64,000 bases of DNA from an uncultured Candidatus Saccharibacteria bacterium (GCA_964446535.1 CAYUOR010000003.1:14871-78870), one strand, 5' to 3'. Shown: positions 9,774 through 18,296, counted from the stretch's first letter. A program made the numbers and translations. The notes: generated from the letters alone by a model not told the origin.

Positions 9774-10682
9774 CTAGTCGAAAATTTTTACAAGATATTT
9801 GTCTATCTCGCGCTGTTCAAGGTCATAAAAATATTTGCCGAGTTCTTTAAGCTGGGTAGCAAGCTGCACTCCAACAAAGCGCCAGTGCCACGGTTCATAG
9901 ACGTAGTACTTATTACCGGCCGGATAAGAGAGTGTGAAGCCGTATTTATGAGCATTATTCTCGAGCCAGGTGAAAGCTTCGGTATCCTTAAATTTTGAGA
10001 AACTACCGCCGGTTGTGGGAGTGGTGAAGTCAACCGAAGTGCCCAGTTGATGCTCAGAATAACCCTGATCAGCCGAGAATTGGTTGGCAGTGCCGGCGCC
10101 GTAGGTAACGCTGTAGCCGAATTTAAGAGAGGCCTGCTCGGCAAAGGAGCGAAAAGCCGAAACTACAAGAAGATCAATGCCATCTTCCTTGGCTTCAAGG
10201 ATAAGTTTCGTGAGAAAGGGGGCGACCTGAGCGTGGATGAGCTCGTTACTGCCTCCACCTTCAAAAAGGAATTTCTTGTCTATTTCGGCAAGAGCGTCTG
10301 GTACGTAGTGCTCGTTGAGGAAGTAAACCTTGGAATATTTTTGCAATAGCTCTTTGTCGGTCTTAGAAAGCTTATCAAGAACACCCACCGTAGAGGAAAT
10401 AGTGTTTATTTGGTCGTCAAAATTGTCGATAATCCCCTGCTGTTCTGTGGAGCGTTCCTGAAGATGCGAGTAATTTGTTTTAAGAATCTCGTACTCGTGT
10501 TCGAGGAGAATATTTTCTTCTGAAAGGACACGGTAATCTTTCGCAAGCGCACGGTACTGATAGGCCGCATAACCCGCGAGAGGCAGGGTGACGACTATGG
10601 CGACAAGGAGAGCTACTTGAGGATCAGGGCGGAAGTTTTTGAAATCGGGTTTAGACCCTGACTTGGGCTCTGAGATTTTCAT
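9774..10682 (-). CDS. Peptidase M15 family D-alanyl-D-alanine carboxypeptidase (VanY-like), membrane anchored
   Basis: N-terminal TM segment and coiled coil. The C-terminal domain reads VVSAFRSFAEQ...SEHQLGTSVDF...EPWHWRF, matching the Zn-binding HxxxxxxD...H of the VanY/M15B fold. Confidence 0.7.
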   Translation of the reverse strand: MKISEPKSGSKPDFKNFRPDPQVALLVAIVVTLPLAGYAAYQYRALAKDYRVLSEENILLEHEYEILKTNYSHLQERSTEQQGIIDNFDDQINTISSTVGVLDKLSKTDKELLQKYSKVYFLNEHYVPDALAEIDKKFLFEGGGSNELIHAQVAPFLTKLILEAKEDGIDLLVVSAFRSFAEQASLKFGYSVTYGAGTANQFSADQGYSEHQLGTSVDFTTPTTGGSFSKFKDTEAFTWLENNAHKYGFTLSYPAGNKYYVYEPWHWRFVGVQLATQLKELGKYFYDLEQREIDKYLVKIFD

Positions 10683-11138
10683 TTACGGAATTATAACATC
10701 TCTTAGCCAAAACTCTATTAAGGCACCCATGGTGGCACCCATAACAACAAGAGTCGCAAGATAACTTGAAATTTCAATGTACCAAAGACTCTTTGGCTTT
10801 TTGCGGTCAACAACATCAGTGTGGCCGAATGTAAGTGTTATTGGCCACACCAATAGAGCAATTAAAATTCCGGCCATGACAAAACTTTTCCCGGTGAAAA
10901 GCACGTCCACCATTAAAGCCGGGAAGGTACCTAAAAAAGCAACAATAAATAAAACGGCAAATTCAAAGATATAGGCCGTGCTGGTTGAGACTTCCAAATT
11001 TTTTATCGTGTGCGCCCGCGGGTGCCCCAATATTGTAGTTAGTTTTTTCTTAAAGAAGATTTCAAACCAGATAAACCGAACTGTCACACCGGCAAGGGCT
11101 GTTAGGGCGATAATCCAATAAGGTAGGCCTATGTCCAT
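10683..11138 (-). CDS. Small integral membrane protein (paralog A); start likely at MDIGLPYW rather than the track start 11222
   Basis: It shares the block K.LWYI..S.YL.TLVVMGA..GA with the adjacent ORF. Starting at 11138 removes the overlap with the upstream stop at 11141. Confidence 0.5.
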   Translation of the reverse strand: MDIGLPYWIIALTALAGVTVRFIWFEIFFKKKLTTILGHPRAHTIKNLEVSTSTAYIFEFAVLFIVAFLGTFPALMVDVLFTGKSFVMAGILIALLVWPITLTFGHTDVVDRKKPKSLWYIEISSYLATLVVMGATMGALIEFWLRDVIIP

Positions 11139-11140
11139 TT

Positions 11141-11563
11141 TTACTTCCAAGCGCCGAGAATTGCTCCCATGACAACCAGGGTTACAAGATAGTTTGAAGC
11201 GTTGATGTACCAGAGCTTCCAAGACTTTCCTTCCCAGAGAACACTACCGAGGGTAACTGGGGCGACAAAACCCAGCCAAGCCCAAAAGCCAACAGTCATC
11301 CCGAGCATCGGACCGTCAAGGCTTAGGTAGAGGCTCTTGAAAAATAAAACTTTCGCCAAGACACAGGCCATGACGAGCGAGGCCAGAAACTGGATGACAT
11401 AGGCCTTGTTCGGTGTCATAGACATTGACTTCATACTGTCCTGTGTGAAGCCCATGAGCCGAATCCACTCATCTTTGAAAAGAAGGCCATACCAAACAAA
11501 CCCAACTGCAAGACTTGAGGCCCCCGCCGCAAGCACCGCCCAATAATTTACGCCGATTTCCAT
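11141..11563 (-). CDS. Small integral membrane protein (paralog B, tandem duplicate)
   Basis: 140 aa, multi-TM, with a conserved C-terminal block shared with 10683..11138. Confidence 0.5.
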   Translation of the reverse strand: MEIGVNYWAVLAAGASSLAVGFVWYGLLFKDEWIRLMGFTQDSMKSMSMTPNKAYVIQFLASLVMACVLAKVLFFKSLYLSLDGPMLGMTVGFWAWLGFVAPVTLGSVLWEGKSWKLWYINASNYLVTLVVMGAILGAWK

Positions 11564-11796
11564 ATTATTTTTAGGTTACTAGTACCTATCTATTATATCC
11601 CGGCTACAAACCTGCCTAGGTAATACGGCCAGATGAAGATGGCGAGTAGCCCCTTACCAAAACTTAAAGAAAGAAAGCCAATGGTAAAGAGCCAGCCCAT
11701 AATCCAGAGGCCAAGCGACATTGAATGATTTTCTACTTTTATTTTCTGCATATAAAAATTTTAGCAAAAATGAAAAGATTCTGCTATTATTTTCGC

Positions 11797-11856
11797 ATTC
11801 CGCGACCAGCCTCGCGTCGGCGAGCTCCGCGAGTCGAGGCGGGTAGCTCAGTTGGT
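11797..11856 (+). repeat. Split partial copy of the tRNA-Asn 5' end (ATTCCGCGA ... TAGCTCAGTTGGT) separated by a 38-nt GC-rich palindromic spacer
   Basis: The 9-mer at 11797-11805 and the 13-mer at 11844-11856 are identical to 12091-12099 and 12100-12112 of the intact tRNA-Asn. The spacer contains GCCTCG...CGAGGC inverted repeats. Confidence 0.6.
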
Positions 11857-11859
11857 TGT

Positions 11860-12102
11860 ATGGCTCACACTTACATCTTATTGAGTGAAGTTGCGAATAA
11901 AACCTATGTCGGCAGTACTACTGACCTGAAAAGGCGCGTTGCCGAACATAATTCAGGAAAATCTACCTTCACGAAAAGGTATGCACCCTGGAAATTGGTA
12001 TATAGTGAACAGTTCGATAATATAAGTGAAGCTCGTCGGCGAGAGAAGTACTTTAAGTCTTCCGCCGGCAGGGCAAAGATTAAAGACTTTATTCCGCGAT
12101 AG
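11860..12102 (+). CDS. GIY-YIG nuclease family protein (UPF0213/YhbQ-like, 80 aa)
   Basis: MAHTYILLSEVANKTYVGSTTDLKRRVAEHN...EARRREKYFK is a GIY-YIG motif with a catalytic Arg/Glu. The track ORF starts at 11725, but homology begins at Met 11860. Its stop codon lies 8 nt inside the tRNA-Asn. Confidence 0.8.
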   Translation: MAHTYILLSEVANKTYVGSTTDLKRRVAEHNSGKSTFTKRYAPWKLVYSEQFDNISEARRREKYFKSSAGRAKIKDFIPR

Positions 12103-12168
12103 CTCAGTTGGTAGAGCGCCTCGCTGTTAACGAGGATGTCCCAGGTTCGAGCCCTGGTCGCGGAGCCA
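12093..12168 (+). tRNA. tRNA-Asn (anticodon GTT), CCA encoded
   Basis: Cloverleaf: acceptor TCCGCGA/TCGCGGA, D stem GCTC/GAGC, anticodon stem CCTCG/CGAGG with loop CTGTTAA, T stem CCAGG/CCTGG with loop TTCGAGC, discriminator G, CCA. Confidence 0.92.
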
Positions 12169-12175
12169 GATTTAA

Positions 12176-12472
12176 CTACTTCTTAGGTTTCCACTTCAAA
12201 ATCTTGTCAATAAAAACGTAGAGGATTACTACTACCAAAAGAAAGCTTAGTGCAGCGCTTAAAAATGAGCCGAGTCTAATATTTATAGTTCCAACCGTAA
12301 TAACCAGTTCTTCCCATGTTATAGCATCGCTTGAAATTAGCGGTCTAATTATCGGCAGAAAAATATCGTTTACCAACGACTGAACAAGGTTAAACGCAAC
12401 AATGCCGACAATAAACGCAGCCGAAATAGAGACGATTCTATATTCCTTTAAAAATTCAGTAAATCTATGCAC
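12176..12472 (-). CDS. mscL: Large-conductance mechanosensitive channel MscL
   Basis: 98 aa with two TM segments. The N-terminus FLKEYRIVSISAAFIVGIVAFNLVQSLVNDIFLPII matches the MscL pattern. Confidence 0.8.
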   Translation of the reverse strand: MHRFTEFLKEYRIVSISAAFIVGIVAFNLVQSLVNDIFLPIIRPLISSDAITWEELVITVGTINIRLGSFLSAALSFLLVVVILYVFIDKILKWKPKK

Positions 12473-12524
12473 CCACTTATTGTAACAGATTTAATAGTGA
12501 TTTCTTGATGGTAAGGTTTAGCAT

Positions 12525-12553
12525 TTGACATATTTTATATTTTATTTTATTGT
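12525..12553 (+). promoter_or_regulatory. Putative sigma70 promoter (TTGACA-N17-TATTGT) with a strong SD AAAGAGGA before the ATG at 12586
   Basis: Perfect -35 hexamer and an AT-rich spacer. Confidence 0.35.
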
Positions 12554-12585
12554 CCTAGTCGGCTTTTGTTCTTTAAAGAGGATTT

Positions 12586-12906
12586 ATGGCATTTCGTGAC
12601 GGTAAGAAAATTCGCGGTACGCATACGACGCTCACCGACCTGGCAGCCAGAGTCACAGACATCGCAAGATGCATGGAAAGTGTCACGGGGATATCCCCTG
12701 GCTGGATTCAGAGTGGCAAGAATGCTTACGGCGGAGGCAGCTACAGAGTAAAGTTCGGCGACTTTAAGGGAGGGTTACTTCTAATCGTCCGACAGTCTCA
12801 CACCGTTCAAGAGCTACGCATCTTCAGCACAAACGTGGCGAAAACTCGTCTTGCCCTGGCTCGCGCTCTGCGCGACAAGGATATACCTATTGCCTTCAAG
12901 CATTAA
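12586..12906 (+). CDS. Hypothetical protein (106 aa), higher-GC single-gene unit
   Basis: ORF with its own promoter-like sequence, SD and terminator. Local GC is about 52 %. No confident family assignment. Confidence 0.45.
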   Translation: MAFRDGKKIRGTHTTLTDLAARVTDIARCMESVTGISPGWIQSGKNAYGGGSYRVKFGDFKGGLLLIVRQSHTVQELRIFSTNVAKTRLALARALRDKDIPIAFKH

Positions 12907-12942
12907 CGGCGTCGTCGGAATCTCCGACAACGCCGTTTTTTA
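12905..12942 (+). terminator. Rho-independent terminator (GGCGTCGTCGGA..TCCGACAACGCC + TTTTTT)
   Basis: 12-bp stem with one mismatch, followed by a T6 run directly after the stop of 12586..12906. Confidence 0.65.
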
Positions 12943-13181
12943 TCCCCAGAATTCTGGGGATTTGCACAGCTTGTCTACAGGATATCCGCCAAAAATCTTA
13001 ACGCCGCAGCTTGACAAGCTGTGGTGAGGTAAGAAAATTAATACTAGGTTTGCTCTCGCCCGGAGATCCTAAAGAAAAAATAAAGGGATCTCGCGTACTA
13101 GAGAGTTATAGTGCTCCAGTCAGAGAATACCCAAATTAATAATTAGCGGAACTCCCGTCCGAGGGCAGGCCGCCGATAGAA

Positions 13182-13225
13182 ACCCCGCCGTCAGGCGGGG
13201 TTTCTAGTTTTATTTTTATTTCTTG
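13182..13225 (+). terminator. Terminator-like hairpin (CCCCGCC GTCAG GCGGGG + T-rich tract) ending a 280-nt structured intergenic region
   Basis: Perfect 7-bp GC stem followed by TTTCTAGTTTTATTTTTATTT. It sits 25 nt upstream of the GTG start at 13251. Confidence 0.5.
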
Positions 13226-13250
13226 AAAAACCCGGCTATAATTACTTTTT

Positions 13251-13610
13251 GTGACGAATAAATATATTTCTATCGGTATCGGGATAATAATTATTGTTGG
13301 CGTGGCATCTTTGGCCTTTTACAGTAAAAACCTGAAAGTACAGGTCGGATCGGAAAAAGGGCGAGCTCAACCAGAAAACTCTTTGGTCGCCCTAGTTCCA
13401 CAACACAATTCTAGAGAAAGTTGTTGGACTATTATCAACGGAAACATATATGACCTAACAAGCTGGATACCTAAGCATCCCGGTGGTGAAGAAGCCATAC
13501 TGCTACTTTGCGGCAGAGACGGTTCAGAAGAATTCAACCATCAACACGGCGGCGCCTCTTTACAAGAAAAGATCTTAGCCGGATTTAAAATAGAGACCAG
13601 TGATGAGTAA
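13251..13610 (+). CDS. Cytochrome b5-like heme-binding domain protein, N-terminal membrane anchor (GTG start)
   Basis: HNSRESCWTIINGNIYDLTSWIPKHPGGEE...FNHQHGG matches the cyt-b5 HPGG heme-binding motif and a second His. Confidence 0.6.
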   Translation: MTNKYISIGIGIIIIVGVASLAFYSKNLKVQVGSEKGRAQPENSLVALVPQHNSRESCWTIINGNIYDLTSWIPKHPGGEEAILLLCGRDGSEEFNHQHGGASLQEKILAGFKIETSDE

Positions 13611-13615
13611 CTTAT

Positions 13616-13999
13616 ATGAAATTCTATTCTAAACCAGAGTTCGGAATATCTGTATTACGAATCGGACTTGCCATAGTTTATTTATGGTTCGGGTTTGCTC
13701 AAATTTTTGACGGAGCAAGTTGGGTATACTTGGTGCCCGATTGGGCGGTTTCGCTCTTACACATTCCTCCCGCAATGATTGTTCTTGGTAACGGTATTTT
13801 TGAAATCGTTTTTGGGGGCTTGCTGGCGCTCAACATTCAAACAAGAATCTCTGCTCTGCTCCTCGCCCTACACCTTGTGCCCATTGCTAGTCAGTTGGGG
13901 CTAACAGAAACAGGCATCAGAGACTTCGGCCTCATCATGGCTACCTTCGCTTTAGCTACTTTAGGAAATAAAAATACAGAAATTCCGAAAACTGGTTAA
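13616..13999 (+). CDS. DoxX-like small membrane protein (putative)
   Basis: Four predicted TM helices. The LRIGLAIVYLWFGFAQIF pattern resembles DoxX-family proteins. Confidence 0.35.
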   Translation: MKFYSKPEFGISVLRIGLAIVYLWFGFAQIFDGASWVYLVPDWAVSLLHIPPAMIVLGNGIFEIVFGGLLALNIQTRISALLLALHLVPIASQLGLTETGIRDFGLIMATFALATLGNKNTEIPKTG

Positions 14000-14032
14000 T
14001 AAAAATTAAAACTTTTCGCCTTTTAAAGAGAA

Positions 14033-14060
14033 AGCCGACCCTCAGTCTGGGGTCGGCTAA
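14033..14060. terminator. Bidirectional terminator hairpin (AGCCGACCC CAGTCTG GGGTCGGCT) between convergent genes
   Basis: Perfect 9-bp stem. An A/T-rich flank sits on the minus-strand side. Confidence 0.45.
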
Positions 14061-14064
14061 AGAA

Positions 14065-14772
14065 TCATTCCCTAATACGAAATCGGTAAGAGAAGATTCC
14101 GCGATAAGCGAGAGCCGTTTCTTCAAGTTCTGACAGGGGTGTTTCCCCAAGCTTTGTCTTGAAGAAAAGCGCTTCGTAAGAGAGTCGTTGTTTTGCAAAG
14201 GAAAGGACTTCCGGTCGAGTGATGAACGGCAGACACGGGCGCTCGTTCAGCCAGAACTCCATTACGCCCAAAGGACTTGCAACGAAGCCACGCGCCTCTC
14301 CAGAGTGCCACGGCTCGCTCCAACTGCAAATCTTTTGGAGATCAATGTCCGAGGGCGGAGTATACATCCTCAACCACCGTGCTTTCTCCGCCTCGTCCTT
14401 CGGCTTGTTGTCACTTCGTCCGTTGTGAGTGTGACCAAACCAGACAAGGTCCTCGGACGCGATGGCTGCATTGGCATAACGAATGTCTGCCTCCACCGAA
14501 TCGCGTGTTCGCTTCTCCGTTTCAATGACCCAAGCGTCCCAGCGCGGGAGAAAAAGTACAGAAACCTCATCTTTGCCAGAGCGCGCCAGCGCGACAAGCC
14601 GATCCAGACCCTCTTCATAACTGAGGAAAATGACGGCGCCCGCAGGTGCCTCAAAATCTTCGCCCTGAATAAGGAGCATTGGCCGATCATTCGGAAGGGC
14701 GTTATTGAGAGAATGCTGGAGCGCTCCGAGCTGCGTTGTTTCCGCTAAAGCCAAGAGTACTGTCAGATACAT
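14065..14772 (-). CDS. Hypothetical protein (235 aa) in a high-GC segment
   Basis: Long ORF. The region is about 53 % GC with open frames on both strands, so it is compositionally atypical. It contains WFGHTHNG, but no confident family. Confidence 0.45.
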   Translation of the reverse strand: MYLTVLLALAETTQLGALQHSLNNALPNDRPMLLIQGEDFEAPAGAVIFLSYEEGLDRLVALARSGKDEVSVLFLPRWDAWVIETEKRTRDSVEADIRYANAAIASEDLVWFGHTHNGRSDNKPKDEAEKARWLRMYTPPSDIDLQKICSWSEPWHSGEARGFVASPLGVMEFWLNERPCLPFITRPEVLSFAKQRLSYEALFFKTKLGETPLSELEETALAYRGIFSYRFRIRE

Positions 14773-14838
14773 TCCAACCTCCGAAAATGGCTAGTCTGGA
14801 AAACACTATAGCTCGTAGATAAAATATCTCAAGCTTGT

Positions 14839-15963
14839 CTATCTCCACTCTTTGAGAGTACGCCACTTGAGGGCGGCGATGGCTCCGATACTTGCGAGAA
14901 CGAATAGGGCGTTTGTGATGCTACCGACCACAGGGATGGCGGGCAAAACACTATAAATTGCTACGCCGACAACAATTATTTTCCAAGATATCGAGTAACC
15001 GCCTTTACGAATCAACTTGTGCGCTATAGAGCCCATAAGAATCGGTGCGAAACCACAGCCAACAACGAGTAGCGCTACAAATGACAGAAACCCTAGAAGA
15101 CCGAGCGGTATACCGACGAGTGTGGCAAGACAAATAACAGAGATGATCGGCAGGGCGACGAAAACAACGAGCCCTCTGCCAAGCTCTTGCCAAGGGGCGT
15201 TGGTCACGGCATTAACTGTTGCAATAGAGAAGCGTCTAAACAAAAGTCCTAGAATCAGAGCGAGAAGGAGCAGGGCAAGTGTTTTAGATATAAGCCAGAT
15301 GAGAAGAAGGGTGCCTAAAACTTTTGTCTTGCCGGAACTTTCGGCTCGAGGTTCATATTTAATTTCTCCTTTAACAAGCGCGCCCTCCTCTAAGATTACC
15401 TCTCTAGGTGAGCTGTATGTGAGAGAGCTGCTAAGCACGGCGTTCGGGCCTAGAGTGAGTTTCTCGGAATGCACTTCAACTGAACCGACTATGGGGCCAT
15501 TTATGTAGACATCCTCACCAGCCACACGCACACTACCAACCACGGAGGACTCTATCCGTACCGATTGTCCACCCGCGATGACATCGCCCTGTACACGACC
15601 AATAATAGAAACTTCACCGCCGCCCGCTAGAACATCGTCTCCCACCGCACCCTGAACAATTACGGTGCCACCGACAACGCGCACATCGTCTGCGACGTTA
15701 CTTGTAATAGAGACGGAGTTCCCCGCAGCAAAGATATCGCCACCCACCGGAGCGTTTACAACTACGCTTCTACCGGCGCCGAATACATCCCCCGTGACCG
15801 AACCAGCGATAAGAATACTCTCGCCGGAAATGTAGAGGTCGTCGCGGATTACATCTTGAGACTCAATACCGAGATTCTCGCCGGTTTTAAAAGTCGCGGA
15901 ATAAGTAGCGAGAGGTAGGATAAGCGCCGCTAAGACGGTGAGCACAGAAATTTTAACCTTCAT
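14839..15963 (-). CDS. Bactofilin-like (polymer-forming, GDV-repeat beta-helix) protein with signal peptide and C-terminal multi-TM anchor
   Basis: N-terminal signal MKVKISVLTVLAALILPLATYSA. About ten repeats of V.G.V.GDV.AGG.SV. Four C-terminal hydrophobic helices. Confidence 0.5.
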   Translation of the reverse strand: MKVKISVLTVLAALILPLATYSATFKTGENLGIESQDVIRDDLYISGESILIAGSVTGDVFGAGRSVVVNAPVGGDIFAAGNSVSITSNVADDVRVVGGTVIVQGAVGDDVLAGGGEVSIIGRVQGDVIAGGQSVRIESSVVGSVRVAGEDVYINGPIVGSVEVHSEKLTLGPNAVLSSSLTYSSPREVILEEGALVKGEIKYEPRAESSGKTKVLGTLLLIWLISKTLALLLLALILGLLFRRFSIATVNAVTNAPWQELGRGLVVFVALPIISVICLATLVGIPLGLLGFLSFVALLVVGCGFAPILMGSIAHKLIRKGGYSISWKIIVVGVAIYSVLPAIPVVGSITNALFVLASIGAIAALKWRTLKEWR

Positions 15964-16022
15964 ATTTTATAAGATTTAATAATAGGAATCTGCCGCCAGT
16001 ATAACAAATATCAAAAATCTTT

Positions 16023-16460
16023 CTAATTAAGGCCTAGTTTTTTGATGAGAGACTTAAGCACTTCTTCCAAAGTTTGTTTTTCAAAATAGTCTCTCTCGTA
16101 GTACAGATAGCCGGTTATGGCTATGGGAATAAGCGCCAACATAAAATTTTCGGTGAAATTTATAAATAGACCAACTACGCTGATACTGCCGTAGAGCCAG
16201 AGCGCCCAGATTTTTTTCTTGATAATACCGTAGCCGATAAGAAGCATAAGAAATCCGATAATAACCCTCAATAGATAGCGTAGAAATGATATGTCAGCAG
16301 AACCAACCACGTCAGCTAAAAGAGAAGCTACAATACTCAAACCTCCAACCGTTGTTAGGAAGGCAATTATTTTCATCGGCAAGGGCATTGAGCCGAAAGG
16401 TAGTGTGATATTCAGAGTTTTACTGACTTCCTCAACCTCTTTTTCGCCGTTTGTTGACAT
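16023..16460 (-). CDS. Hypothetical membrane protein (145 aa)
   Basis: ORF with 3-4 predicted TM helices. Confidence 0.4.
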   Translation of the reverse strand: MSTNGEKEVEEVSKTLNITLPFGSMPLPMKIIAFLTTVGGLSIVASLLADVVGSADISFLRYLLRVIIGFLMLLIGYGIIKKKIWALWLYGSISVVGLFINFTENFMLALIPIAITGYLYYERDYFEKQTLEEVLKSLIKKLGLN

Positions 16461-16515
16461 GTCCCTAATTCTACCTGAATTTCGGCAAATATGATAAGAA
16501 ATCAGGCTTTTTTAG

Positions 16516-16543
16516 TTGACAAACTATTTAATTATGCTATAAT
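16516..16543 (+). promoter_or_regulatory. Near-consensus sigma70 promoter TTGACA-N16-TATAAT
   Basis: TTGACA at 16516-16521 and TATAAT at 16538-16543. It lies 40 nt upstream of the ORF at 16584. Confidence 0.55.
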
Positions 16544-16583
16544 AGTGTAAGACTAAACGTGCGCGGCGGTTCCGCGTTGTCTT

Positions 16584-17027
16584 ATGGGGGAGATTCCCAT
16601 GCATATGATGCTTGACAGTTTTCTTGAAGCGAAACTCATCACGCCCGAGCGTGGCAAGGAAATTGAAGGTTCGGAAGAGCTTCGCAAGAAGCTTATCGAT
16701 CGCTTCGCCGACATGCAGAAGACGAGCTACCGAGGCTCTCGCCAGACGCTCATTGAGTTTCTCTCAATGACCGGCAAGTCGGTTTACGATTTCCGCAAAA
16801 TCGCCCTCGGCCTCTTGCTCGCTTCAACCAAGGCCATCAATGACATCGTTGACGCTTCCTACATCTTCAAGAATGAGAAGGGCGGCGCTCGACTTGTCAG
16901 GCAGATTGACGAGATCAGGAAAAACCTCAAGCGCTACGATGACTTCAGCCAGCGCGAGTGGTACCTCAGAGACATGCTCGGCTTTCCCAAAAGAAAGCCG
17001 AAGCAGGCTGTACGAGCGGTAAAGTAG
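16584..17027 (+). CDS. Hypothetical protein (147 aa)
   Basis: ORF bracketed by a consensus promoter and a strong terminator. No family recognised. Confidence 0.5.
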   Translation: MGEIPMHMMLDSFLEAKLITPERGKEIEGSEELRKKLIDRFADMQKTSYRGSRQTLIEFLSMTGKSVYDFRKIALGLLLASTKAINDIVDASYIFKNEKGGARLVRQIDEIRKNLKRYDDFSQREWYLRDMLGFPKRKPKQAVRAVK

Positions 17028-17052
17028 GAATCCCCTGCCCATCCCGCCCACA

Positions 17053-17084
17053 AGTCCCCGAAACATTTCGGGGACTTTTATATT
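17053..17084 (+). terminator. Rho-independent terminator (AGTCCCCGAAA CAT TTCGGGGACT + TTTTAT)
   Basis: 11-bp perfect stem followed by a T-run. Confidence 0.65.
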
Positions 17085-17634
17085 AAAAACTATTGCCAAG
17101 AACGGCAGTAATCAGAACTATGGTAATAGATCCCGCAAGCAGTGCTAATAGTATCCGCCTATATTGAACTCCCGCGAGAGCAAGGGCAATCATTAAAATA
17201 TCGTTTGGAAGAGGAGAAAACCCAACGTAGGCAAAAACGAAAATACCGAGAAGCCAGTCAGGTATCTTTTCTATAAAACCCAAAACTTTTTGCCGAAGCG
17301 AGCTTTCTTGCTCCACAAGCACCTTGGCGCCGTGATGCGCTAGGAAGAAAAAAACGCTGTCGCTTAAAAAGATTCCCAGGCCGCCAACTAGACCCAGAAG
17401 TATTGTATCCGCTCCCCCGTTCGCGAAGGTAGCCACCGCGGCAAAGAAAGATGTCCCCGTAATGGTCGAGAGGCCGCCAATAGCAGCAAGAAGAAAGGCG
17501 ACAAGATAGGTGTTGTGTACTCCAATTTTCTCAACGATTGCTTCGGGTGGAATAAAGATGAGGGCAACCGCCCAAATGGCAATAAACAAAACTGCGCCTG
17601 CGAGAAGATGGTGCTTCTTTACTTTGGCGAACAT
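17083..17634 (-). CDS. DedA/TVP38-like integral membrane protein (putative)
   Basis: 183 aa, multi-TM, glycine-rich loops. The assignment rests on overall architecture only. Confidence 0.35.
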   Translation of the reverse strand: MFAKVKKHHLLAGAVLFIAIWAVALIFIPPEAIVEKIGVHNTYLVAFLLAAIGGLSTITGTSFFAAVATFANGGADTILLGLVGGLGIFLSDSVFFFLAHHGAKVLVEQESSLRQKVLGFIEKIPDWLLGIFVFAYVGFSPLPNDILMIALALAGVQYRRILLALLAGSITIVLITAVLGNSF

Positions 17635-17687
17635 GGTTTCATTTTCTCACAGAGAGATAAATTGTCTAAATTGGATATAATGAAGCT

Positions 17688-18245
17688 ATGCGAAGGATTA
17701 TCTTGTTAATTATCATTGTCCTGGCAGTTGGTACTATTTTTTATCTGGATAAAAAAGATTCGCCGGAGAAGCTTGGAGACAAAAAGTATCAGTCAGAAAG
17801 CTTTGGCTTAGAGTTCTCTTATCCTGATAACTACTTTATCGGCTTCGAAGATAGTTTTGAGGGAGAAAGAAATCAGCATTTCGTAGTTCTGGCAGAAGAT
17901 ACTACAGAAAACCGCCGAGTCTTTGCCGGAGAGGAGCCTGGGCGGGAAGGTCCCCCCACTATTACTGTCGCAATTTATCAAAATAATTTAGACAATTATA
18001 CTGCGGAGAGGTTTATCAAAGATACATCTTTTTCAAACTTCAAACTCTCTGACGGAACATTATCGGAGGTAACGGTGGGAAGTGAAAAGGGTTTGCGCTA
18101 CCGCGCCACAGGACTCTACGAAAATGAAAACGTTGTTGTCGCTCGCCCAAACTATGTTTACATGTTCACCGCCTTTTTCCTCACTCCAGAGGACGAGATC
18201 ATGAAAAACTTTGGATCACTTCTGTCATCTGTAAAATTTGATTAG
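17688..18245 (+). CDS. Hypothetical exported protein (185 aa, N-terminal TM/signal)
   Basis: ORF only. Confidence 0.4.
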   Translation: MRRIILLIIIVLAVGTIFYLDKKDSPEKLGDKKYQSESFGLEFSYPDNYFIGFEDSFEGERNQHFVVLAEDTTENRRVFAGEEPGREGPPTITVAIYQNNLDNYTAERFIKDTSFSNFKLSDGTLSEVTVGSEKGLRYRATGLYENENVVVARPNYVYMFTAFFLTPEDEIMKNFGSLLSSVKFD

Positions 18246-18296
18246 AAGAGCCATTTGAGCTAATATCCTGGTTAGCTCTTTTCAAAGGGGGTGAGA

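Noticed and set aside
10683-11222. Track start at 11222 for the membrane protein, overlapping the upstream paralog by 80 nt
   Set aside because: An internal Met at 11138 (MDIGLPYW) lies immediately after the upstream stop, and the homology with the paralog begins there. The long N-terminal extension is likely untranslated.
11725-11859. N-terminal 45-aa extension of the GIY-YIG ORF (MIFYFYFLHIKIL...)
   Set aside because: It has no homology to GIY-YIG proteins and spans the tRNA-like repeat and GC palindrome. The conserved domain starts at Met 11860.
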